This document shows positions 1 through 7,180 of a stretch of 64,000 bases of DNA, piece by piece. The position numbers and the translations under genes are program-made. Source of the DNA: Beijerinckiaceae bacterium (GTDB taxonomy: Bacteria; Pseudomonadota; Alphaproteobacteria; Rhizobiales; Beijerinckiaceae); contig CANGTC010000005.1 in the NCBI GenBank assembly GCA_947456505.1, positions 3,577 to 67,576 of the forward strand. The letters run 5' to 3'. Within the stretch, counting starts at the first letter, position 1. Each line of letters begins with the position of its first letter. The notes beneath the pieces were generated by a model. That model was not told where the DNA came from and did no database searches. It worked only from the letters and a program-made list of their open reading frames with translations.

Positions 1-1
1 T

Positions 2-859
2 TTGCGAATAGGTGCGGATCCCGTTGACCAGCACATCCACGGTGGAGGGCGCCGCGGCCGTGCCGGAGATGGAGGGCATGGGGCGGGTGACGATGTCCGA
101 CCGCAGGGTGAAATCGCGCATGACCTGCGCGCCGGCCATGCGGATGGGGCGCGACCAGGCCGTGCCGCCGGACATGGTGTCGCCCAGCCGCCAGGTCAGG
201 GTCGAGTCGGGATCGGCGTAGACATAGGAGCTGTCGTAACGACGATACCGCTGGTTGTTGTTGGAATAGGTGTTCTGATTGAAATAATTGCCGCCCACGA
301 GGCCGGTCTGGGTCAGCACGCCCCATTGGCTGAAGGCGCGGGCGTCGAACATCACATTGGTGTCGTTGAAGGTGGTGACGCCTGTGGTGCGGTCGCGCAC
401 GCTGCCGCCGAGCACGGAATAATTGACCACGGCGCCGATATTGGCCTGGGGCGCGGGCCTCTCCCTTTCGCCAAGGGCGTTGTAGACGCGCGGCAGGCGC
501 TGCTCATCGGTGAGGATGAAGTCGATGCGCTGCTGGGCCGCGTCGTAGCGAAAGCTCCCCGGGAGTTCATCGACAAAGATACGCTCTTCGGGCGGGCCAT
601 CGGGGGTTCTCACGCCGACCTGCGTGAGGTCGCGGCGCCGGATCGAGAGGCGATTGCTCAGGGGATCCAGCACGAAGGATTCGAAAAAGCCGGAGTTCTC
701 CCCATTCACGAGCACCACAAGCTGCAACTCGCGCGGCCCGGTGAAGAGATGGGGCGCGGGCTGAATAGGCGTCAACGCGCCCTGGGCGAGGGCGCCGTCG
801 AGACCCGCAGAGGAGAGAAGCGCCAGAAGCGCGAGGCGCCTAGCGCGACAGAGCGGCAT
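2..859 (-). CDS. Fimbrial outer-membrane usher, CsuD/PapC family (3' end runs off the window)
   Basis: Not in the ORF track because it has no stop in the window. Manual translation from ATG 859: MPLCRARRLALLALL...LQLVVLVNG...GAVVNYS...WRLGDTMSGGTAWSRPIRMAGAQVMRDFTLRSDIVTRPMPSISGTAAAPSTVDVLVNG, which are typical usher motifs; overlaps the chaperone stop. Confidence 0.9.
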   Translation of the reverse strand, partial: MPLCRARRLALLALLSSAGLDGALAQGALTPIQPAPHLFTGPRELQLVVLVNGENSGFFESFVLDPLSNRLSIRRRDLTQVGVRTPDGPPEERIFVDELPGSFRYDAAQQRIDFILTDEQRLPRVYNALGERERPAPQANIGAVVNYSVLGGSVRDRTTGVTTFNDTNVMFDARAFSQWGVLTQTGLVGGNYFNQNTYSNNNQRYRRYDSSYVYADPDSTLTWRLGDTMSGGTAWSRPIRMAGAQVMRDFTLRSDIVTRPMPSISGTAAAPSTVDVLVNGIRTYSQ

Positions 860-1520
860 CAATCGGGCCATTGTCGCTCTCGGCTGTCACGCGCGCGCCG
901 CTCGCCTTGGCTGGCAAGGGCCACATGCGCGTGGAATGGCCGAGCACATAGCCTGCGAGGCCAGCGTAAAGCACTGTTTTGTCGAGGCTCAATTTGGCGA
1001 TGCGGCTGCTCTTGTCTCCGTCGTTCGTAGCGACAAGCATGCGCTTGCCGCCCACCGTACGGATGGACCAGGCAAGTTTAGGTTGCGACGCGTCGCCATT
1101 GCGGAAGAAGACTGGAATGGCGTAGCGCAGGGCCACGGTGACGCCGACATTGCGGACGCGGTTGGCGTCGGGGATTTCATCCACAATCAGGCGATAGGGC
1201 TCCTCGCCGACCACGGGGGCGGCGCCAGTGCGTACGATGCGCACCAGCGCCGATCCGCCGGGCGGGACCGTAGCGACAGGCGGAGTCGCTACGACATCCT
1301 CGGTCTCTTCATAAAAATCCACGCCATTCTTCAACACCCATTTGAAGATGCGAATCTGGATATTGATGGGAAGAGCCGCCTCGTTTCTCAGCGTGACGGA
1401 GGCGGAACTGGAGGGCGCTGGCACATCCAGCCGAATGGGCGAAACCGACAGACTGGAGGCCTGCACGACGCTGGAGAATAGCAAGAATGAAACGAAAGAA
1501 AAAATGCTATGAAGGCGCAT
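840..1520 (-). CDS. Fimbrial periplasmic chaperone, CsuC/PapD family
   Basis: Signal peptide, SLSVSPIRL, VATPPVATVPPG, EEPYRLIVDEIP, LRYAIPVFF, GLAGYVL; lies between the pilins and the usher; alternative TTG start at 1529. Confidence 0.92.
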   Translation of the reverse strand: MRLHSIFSFVSFLLFSSVVQASSLSVSPIRLDVPAPSSSASVTLRNEAALPINIQIRIFKWVLKNGVDFYEETEDVVATPPVATVPPGGSALVRIVRTGAAPVVGEEPYRLIVDEIPDANRVRNVGVTVALRYAIPVFFRNGDASQPKLAWSIRTVGGKRMLVATNDGDKSSRIAKLSLDKTVLYAGLAGYVLGHSTRMWPLPAKASGARVTAESDNGPIDAALSR

Positions 1521-1589
1521 GGTTTTCAACCCTTAAAAAAGAAACTGAATCGAGACCGCAACGCTTATAAGATCGAGCTACGAGAGAAC

Positions 1590-1615
1590 CGCGCGCCGAG
1601 AAAAAGCGGCGCGCG
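1590..1615 (-). terminator. Intercistronic GC hairpin after the second pilin (attenuator or mRNA stabiliser)
   Basis: CGCGCGCCG-8nt-CGGCGCGCG perfect 9-bp inverted repeat. Confidence 0.5.
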
Positions 1616-1623
1616 TATATTAT

Positions 1624-2190
1624 TCACAAATCAATCTTGATAGTGATGCGGTCCGTATATGTATCCGGCATTGGAAGATTGGCGTCCCACCCATTGTCAA
1701 TCAGAGTTGTCAGGGAAATCTGGTTCGTGCCCGCTTCAAACATCCTTGCGGAACAGGCGCTGGCACCCTTGATGTCGCCGACCCCATTTCCGGAGGAACC
1801 GATAACAAAACGATACTTAATCCTATTATCAGGATCACCGCCCTTGGTCCTCATCATGAATTTTTGGATATTGTATACTGCTTGTTCATTATATTTACCG
1901 ATTAATTCGACAAAATGGATTTCGGGACCGTTGCAGGTGAAACTCGTCGGCTTGGTCAAAACGTCCCTTAAGTTAAAGGCAGAGTCCTTGGCGAACATCT
2001 CACCAAACTCATCGGGGGCAACGGGAGCGTAGGAAAAATCAGGAGGTGAGGTGACGGTGCGGGTAAATTCTATGTTGAGTTTAACGTCAAACGGCTTCCC
2101 TGAAAATGTACCCGCCAGACCGGATCGGCTCCCGCCCATCAGCAGGGCAAGTAAGATCATGCTCGAACAGATCATTCGTGTCTGGCGCAT
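1624..2190 (-). CDS. Csu/spore-coat-U-like pilin subunit (divergent)
   Basis: Signal peptide, PFDVKLNI N-terminus resembling the neighbour's PFDVTITV, C-terminal DTYTDRITIKIDL beta-zipper; position in the pilus operon. Confidence 0.7.
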   Translation of the reverse strand: MRQTRMICSSMILLALLMGGSRSGLAGTFSGKPFDVKLNIEFTRTVTSPPDFSYAPVAPDEFGEMFAKDSAFNLRDVLTKPTSFTCNGPEIHFVELIGKYNEQAVYNIQKFMMRTKGGDPDNRIKYRFVIGSSGNGVGDIKGASACSARMFEAGTNQISLTTLIDNGWDANLPMPDTYTDRITIKIDL

Positions 2191-2220
2191 CTTCCTTACC
2201 CCGCCTTAAGCAACACAAGA

Positions 2221-2253
2221 CCGCCGCGCAACGGAAATCCCCTAACGCGGCGG
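2221..2253 (-). terminator. Intercistronic hairpin after the first pilin
   Basis: CCGCCGCG...CGCGGCGG 8-bp inverted repeat 14 nt past the stop codon. Confidence 0.4.
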
Positions 2254-2267
2254 CATGAACATAATGA

Positions 2268-2777
2268 TCAATAATCGACGTACAGGGTGAGCGTGTCTTT
2301 ATAGAGTCCCAAGGGGAACTTCGGTCCCCAGTCGGAGAGCCCAAAATAGAAGGTGTAAGTTTGTTCAGTTCCCTGTGAACTGTTGGATAACGTTGCAGGC
2401 GCTACGTTGGTCAGAGGAGTAGCGGTGGAAGAGCCGACCCTTACTGTGTAGGGAAGCAGCGTTATATTATCCTTCTGGTTTAACATATTAAAGCTGCCAC
2501 TCGAATAGTTATTGGCGGGAAGGGATTCCAGATGGAACCCGTAGGTTGCGCCATTCGTGCAAATGACCCTGACGGGCCGCGAGATAGGGCCCGGCTTTCC
2601 CAAAGTGCCCTGGACACCACCCCAGTCGATGGGAAGAAGATCAGTGGTAATGTTGCAACCAGCGTCGACCGTGATCGTTACGTCAAACGGGGTTCCAGCA
2701 GTCGACCCGGCCATCGCGGCCGACGAGGCGATCAGGACGGAAAGGGCCGCAGCGGCGGCGGAGGTGTGTTTGGTCAT
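2268..2777 (-). CDS. Csu-type major pilin (spore coat U domain)
   Basis: GGGAG RBS, signal peptide, FDVTITVDAGC...VICTNG disulfide pair, C-terminal GLYKDTLTLYVDY. Confidence 0.85.
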   Translation of the reverse strand: MTKHTSAAAAALSVLIASSAAMAGSTAGTPFDVTITVDAGCNITTDLLPIDWGGVQGTLGKPGPISRPVRVICTNGATYGFHLESLPANNYSSGSFNMLNQKDNITLLPYTVRVGSSTATPLTNVAPATLSNSSQGTEQTYTFYFGLSDWGPKFPLGLYKDTLTLYVDY

Positions 2778-3181
2778 GGAAAAAACTCCCGAATGGGCCA
2801 AGGCTTAATGCCATGGTCAAGTGTCTTCATTCAGGCCTGAGAAATCAAGAGTTTTGCAAAAAAATTTGCAGCAAATGTGTACAAAATTTTTACGTTTTAT
2901 TTTTCCTGAATCAAATCAGATTTTTATCGCTGATGAGGGCAGTCATGAACAGTCGCCGGGCGCGGGCTTTTGGGGGCGCTCGCAGCGCCCCGGCGCCCCT
3001 CGCCAAGGGGCCTTTCAACCGTCGCCGAGACGGAAAACCCAAGTTGCCGCAATGGAATACGACAACTTTTACGCGAATCGCCCCCGCCTCACGCAGCAGT
3101 GGCGAGGTCGGTGCTCAAAAGTCCTGTCCTGAGTCCATCCCGCGCCGAGGCGCGCCCGGCGGCGCCTGTGGGCGGATAGGA

Positions 3182-3201
3182 TCAGGCGGCGTTTCGCCTG
3201 A
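3182..3201 (-). terminator. Hairpin downstream of tRNA-Gly
   Basis: TCAGGCG-GCGTTT-CGCCTGA inverted repeat about 20 nt past the CCA; no strong U-tract. Confidence 0.4.
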
Positions 3202-3220
3202 AGTAAGGGGATGGGAGGTA

Positions 3221-3294
3221 TGGAGCGGGTACCGGGAATCGAACCCGGGTATTCAGCTTGGAAGGCTGCTGCTCTACCATTGAGCTACACCCGC
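3221..3294 (-). tRNA. tRNA-Gly(TCC)
   Basis: Reverse complement GCGGGTGTAGCTCAATGGTAGAGCAGCAGCCTTCCAAGCTGAATACCCGGGTTCGATTCCCGGTACCCGCTCCA; cloverleaf, TCC anticodon, TTCGA loop, encoded CCA. Confidence 0.98.
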
Positions 3295-3303
3295 GCTGGC
3301 CCT

Positions 3304-3332
3304 GATATGCCCCTATGGGGCGCGTTTGGCAA
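3304..3332 (-). promoter_or_regulatory. Putative sigma70 promoter of tRNA-Gly
   Basis: Minus strand TTGCCA-17nt-CATATC ending 9 nt upstream of the tRNA. Confidence 0.6.
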
Positions 3333-3411
3333 GATGCCCGGCGCCGCCCTCCCCAGCCTTGAAACCGCGCCCCCGCGCCCGACAATGAGGGTCTGGGAGA
3401 CAGGGGGTTTC

Positions 3412-4446
3412 GTGGCTGATCTCTTCGCGCCCTGGGGGTTCTGGTCCGGCGCGCCCTGCGCCATCGAGGCTGCGCCCCCGCCCTTCGCGACGCTCGACGC
3501 GGTGCTGCTCGATCTGCCCACTCTGGAGCTGCGCGGGCGCTCGGTCGACCGAGGCCGCAAGGGGATCCCGGTGCTGATCGTGGCGCCCTTCGCGCTGCAT
3601 GACGCGGCCATCGCGGATTTCGCCGAAGGGTTCAGTCTGGCGGCCGTGCTGGACCTTGCGGGGCCGGTGGCCCTCACCCGCTGGAAATCCGCCACGGCGG
3701 AGATGCGGCTGCTGACCATCGATTCCTATTTGGCGGAATTGAACGTGGCCGTGGACGAGCTGGGCGGGCGGGCGGTCCTTGTGGGGCTGTGCCAGGGCGG
3801 CTGGCTGGCGGCGGTCTATGCGGCGCGGTTTCCCGCCAAGGCGGCGGCGCTGGTCGTGGCGGGGGCGCCCATCGATCTTGCGGCGGCGCCATCGCAGATC
3901 GTGGCGAATGTGGCGGCGACGCCCTCCTTCTGGCTGCACGGCTATCTGTCGGCTTTCGGCGGGCTGGCGCCGGGGGAGCATCGACGCATGCACTGGACCC
4001 GCGACAGCCTCGACACGACCGCCCGGGAGGCCCTTCAACGGGAGCCAACCCCGGCCCTGCAAGCGGCCTTCGACCGCTGGAACGGCTTCACCCTCGCCCT
4101 GCCCGGCGCCTTCTTCGCGCAGGCCACCGAGTGGCTGTTTCGGGAGAACCGGCTGGCGCGGGGCTGTTTTTGCGCCCTGGGCAAGCCCTGCGATCTCAGC
4201 GCCATCGCGGCGCCGATTTTCGTGCTGGCGGCGGCGGGGGACGTGGTGATCCCCCCGCCCCAGACCCTCGCCCTGAAGGCCCTCTGCCCCCGCGCCAAGG
4301 TGCGCGCAAGGGTTGCGCCGGGGGTGCACCTCTCCCTCTTCATGGGGGCGGACATGCTGGCGGGGCCATGGACGGAGATCGCGAGGGAGCTGGCGGGGCT
4401 CAGCCCTTCACGATCTTCTCGATCTCATGCACCGGGTGCTTCGTGA
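3412..4446 (+). CDS. Alpha/beta hydrolase, intracellular PHB depolymerase / PHA synthase-like
   Basis: PVLIVAPFALH, Cys nucleophile box GLCQGG, GAPID, C-terminal Asp and GVHLSLFMG His; start may be 3385. Confidence 0.75.
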   Translation: MADLFAPWGFWSGAPCAIEAAPPPFATLDAVLLDLPTLELRGRSVDRGRKGIPVLIVAPFALHDAAIADFAEGFSLAAVLDLAGPVALTRWKSATAEMRLLTIDSYLAELNVAVDELGGRAVLVGLCQGGWLAAVYAARFPAKAAALVVAGAPIDLAAAPSQIVANVAATPSFWLHGYLSAFGGLAPGEHRRMHWTRDSLDTTAREALQREPTPALQAAFDRWNGFTLALPGAFFAQATEWLFRENRLARGCFCALGKPCDLSAIAAPIFVLAAAGDVVIPPPQTLALKALCPRAKVRARVAPGVHLSLFMGADMLAGPWTEIARELAGLSPSRSSRSHAPGAS

Positions 4447-4843
4447 GATCCTTGTCGATCTCGCCGACCACCCGCTCTTGCAGGCTCTTGCCCGCGATCT
4501 TGCGAATGGTGGCCAGCGCCCGGGGCGGCGCCACCAGCACCACCTCGCGCACGTCCTGGGCGTCGCACAGGGCGGTGAAGGCGTCCACGGCCCGGCGCAC
4601 GAAGGCGTCCTCCGCCGCCTGATGCCAGTCGGTCCCCTCCATGGAGCTGCGCGGCCCGAAGGCGCTCTTGAGGCGCCCGGGCTCGTCGGTCCCCAGATCG
4701 GCCGTATGGGAAGAGCCCTTGTCGTGCATCTCCTGCTCGACCTCGAAGGCGGGCCTGCCTGCTGGCCCCCCGTTGCGGAGGAACAGGGCCTTGCGGCCAT
4801 CGCAAACCAGCAAGCGCGTCTCGGGGTGGAGGATGCGATCCAT
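4400..4843 (-). CDS. Host attachment family protein (baeRF12/AtsE-like)
   Basis: LLVCDGRKALFLRNGG, DEPGR, TDWHQAAEDAF, LVAPPRAL, EIDKDLTKHP motifs. Confidence 0.88.
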   Translation of the reverse strand: MDRILHPETRLLVCDGRKALFLRNGGPAGRPAFEVEQEMHDKGSSHTADLGTDEPGRLKSAFGPRSSMEGTDWHQAAEDAFVRRAVDAFTALCDAQDVREVVLVAPPRALATIRKIAGKSLQERVVGEIDKDLTKHPVHEIEKIVKG

Positions 4844-4933
4844 CAGCGAACTCCGTCAGGGCGAACCACTGAGGAAACGCGCGGAGACGCCCATTCGATC
4901 CAGCCAGAGCGGAACGGGCGAAAAAGGAGGATG

Positions 4934-5644
4934 CTAGCCGCGGACCAGTCCCGTCTCCTTCATGAGCGAAAGCGCCGGCTCCTCGCGCAGGAAGGCGAGC
5001 AACTGCCGGGCGGGTGCGGGCGCCTGCGCCTGTTTGCCCGCCGCCGCCACAAAGGGCGTGCCAAGGCCCATGGCCTGCGGAATGATCCCGGTGAAGGTGA
5101 CGCCCTCCACCGTGATGATCTCGCTCAGAAGGGTGATCACCGCATCGGGATGGCCCTTGGCCACGGCGGCCGAGACCACCGAGCCAGGCCCTTCAATGAA
5201 ATGGACGCGGGCTTTCAGGTCCTCGCCAAAGCCGAGGCGCGTCGCGGCGGCGATGATGTCCATGCCCAGATTGGTCCCCGCCTTGGGATCGGAGAGGCCA
5301 ACCGATGGCAAGGAGCGGATCAGATCGGCGAAACCCTCGACCGTATCGATGGGCCGCGCCGCCAGCCCCGCCCGCAGCCCCATGCCAACAGGGCTCTTGG
5401 CGACGATGAAGCGGGTTTCGGGGTCCAGCTGCGCGGAGGCCTCGTCGTTCAGGCTGCCGAGGGTGACGACTGCGGCGTCAAACCCAGCGCCCGCGCACAC
5501 AAGCTCGCGCGTTTTGGCGGGGGCGCCGAAGGTGAGCGTGACGGAAACGCCCGTGGTCTGCGAGAAAATAGGCGCAATCTTCTCCATGGCCGAGCGAAAG
5601 CCGCCCGCGCAGATCACATGAATCGTCTTGTCGTTCGAAGCCAT
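4934..5644 (-). CDS. ModA-like substrate-binding-fold protein, no evident signal peptide
   Basis: ICAGGF, SDPKAGTNLG, VAKG-DA, SEIITVEGV-F-G-IP motifs of the ModA-like family; GAGGA RBS before ATG 5644. Confidence 0.75.
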   Translation of the reverse strand: MASNDKTIHVICAGGFRSAMEKIAPIFSQTTGVSVTLTFGAPAKTRELVCAGAGFDAAVVTLGSLNDEASAQLDPETRFIVAKSPVGMGLRAGLAARPIDTVEGFADLIRSLPSVGLSDPKAGTNLGMDIIAAATRLGFGEDLKARVHFIEGPGSVVSAAVAKGHPDAVITLLSEIITVEGVTFTGIIPQAMGLGTPFVAAAGKQAQAPAPARQLLAFLREEPALSLMKETGLVRG

Positions 5645-5811
5645 GGGTTTCCTCACACCGATCATTTTGCCCAGAAGTTTCGACCATTTCCGCCTCCATT
5701 GCAAATGCAGGCCCGAGCCTTGCGGGGGGGCCGGGTCTGTGGTCTTTTGCAGCCAGGACGAGCGATGGTCGATAGCTGCAATGGCGGCCACGCGCGGTTC
5801 CCGGAGGAAGA

Positions 5812-6690
5812 ATGAAGCCCGCCCCCTTCACCTATCACGACCCGGCCACCGTCGCGGAAGCCGTGGCTGTGCTCGCAAGCCACGAGAACGCGCGGCCTCT
5901 TGCTGGCGGCCAGTCGCTCGTGCCCATGATGAATTTCCGCTACGCCGCGCCCGACCATCTGGTGGATCTCAATGGAATCGAATCGCTGCGCGGCCTTGAG
6001 GTCGGCGCGCGCATCGCCATCGGGGCCATGACACGCCAGCGCGAGGTGGAGTTTTCCACCGATCTGGCGGCGGCCTGCCCCATCCTGATCGACGCCCTGC
6101 GCCATGTGGGCCATCGCCAGACCCGCAATCGCGGCACCATCGGCGGCTCACTCTGCCATCTCGACCCTGCGGCGGAAACGCCCGCGATCATGATGCTGCA
6201 CGACGCAGTGCTCACCACTGAGGCCGCCTCGGGCTCGCGCGATCTGCCCATGGCCGATTTCGCCCTGGGTTTCATGACCAGCGCGCTGGAGCCCGACGAA
6301 TTGCTCACCCGCGTCTCCTTCGACGCCTGGCCCAAGGATCACGGCTGGGGCTTCGAGGAATATGCCCGCCGCCACGGCGATTTCGCCATCGCCTCCGCAG
6401 GCGTGCTGCTGACGCTTGATGCGCGCGGCGCCATCGAGCGGTTCGCCATGGTGATCGGCGGCCTGGCGCCGACAGCCCAACGCCTGCGCGATTTCGAGGC
6501 CCAGGCCCTCGGCGCCACGCCCGATGACGATTTCATCAAGGCCGCCGCGAACGCGGCCGGAAGCGTGGAGACGATGGACGACGCCCATGTGAGCGCGCGT
6601 TATCGCCAGCACCTCGCCTCCGTCCTGTCCGCCCGCGCCCTGCGCGTGGCCCTCGCCCGCGAGGCGCAGAGGAGCCTTCAACATGCCTGA
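5812..6690 (+). CDS. Mo-hydroxylase FAD subunit (CoxM/XdhB-like), module 1
   Basis: MKPAPFTYHDP, LAGGQSLVP, RNRGTIGGS, RRHGDFA. Confidence 0.95.
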   Translation: MKPAPFTYHDPATVAEAVAVLASHENARPLAGGQSLVPMMNFRYAAPDHLVDLNGIESLRGLEVGARIAIGAMTRQREVEFSTDLAAACPILIDALRHVGHRQTRNRGTIGGSLCHLDPAAETPAIMMLHDAVLTTEAASGSRDLPMADFALGFMTSALEPDELLTRVSFDAWPKDHGWGFEEYARRHGDFAIASAGVLLTLDARGAIERFAMVIGGLAPTAQRLRDFEAQALGATPDDDFIKAAANAAGSVETMDDAHVSARYRQHLASVLSARALRVALAREAQRSLQHA

Positions 6691-7180
6691 TATGCGCAAA
6701 ATATCCGTCACCGTGAATGGCAGGCGCCACGAGGCGGAGGTCGAAAGCCGTCTGCTGCTCGCCGACTTCCTGCGCAACACGCTCGACCTCACGGGCACCC
6801 ATGTGGGCTGCGAACATGGCGTCTGCGGCGCATGCACCATCATGATCGACGATTGCTCCGCCCGCTCCTGCCTCATGTTCGCCGTGCAGGCCCATGGCAA
6901 GTCGATCACCACCATCGAGGGCCTGGCTGACGCCGATGGCTCGCTGTCAATCTTGCAGGAAGCTTTCCGCCAGAACCACAGCCTGCAATGCGGCTTCTGC
7001 ACGCCCGGCATGCTGATCACTTTAACCGAGCATCTGCGCGATAATCCCGATCCCACCGAAGACGAATTGCGCGAGGTCCTGACCGGCAATCTGTGCCGCT
7101 GCACGGGCTATCAGGCCATCGTGGAGGCCGGCCTTGACGCCGCCGCCAAGATGCGCGCCAGCAAAGCGGAGCATGCGTGA
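6683..7180 (+). CDS. Mo-hydroxylase 2x[2Fe-2S] subunit (CoxS-like), module 1
   Basis: GCEHGVCGACT...SC, QCGFCTPG, NLCRCTGY. Confidence 0.95.
   Translation: MPDMRKISVTVNGRRHEAEVESRLLLADFLRNTLDLTGTHVGCEHGVCGACTIMIDDCSARSCLMFAVQAHGKSITTIEGLADADGSLSILQEAFRQNHSLQCGFCTPGMLITLTEHLRDNPDPTEDELREVLTGNLCRCTGYQAIVEAGLDAAAKMRASKAEHA

Noticed and set aside
3211-3411. N-terminal extension of the 411-aa ORF
   Set aside because: It overlaps tRNA-Gly antisense; the real start is at 3385 or 3412
5724-5730. G7 tracts here and at 34770-34776 in putative promoter regions (phase variation)
   Set aside because: Too short and unremarkable in a GC-rich genome
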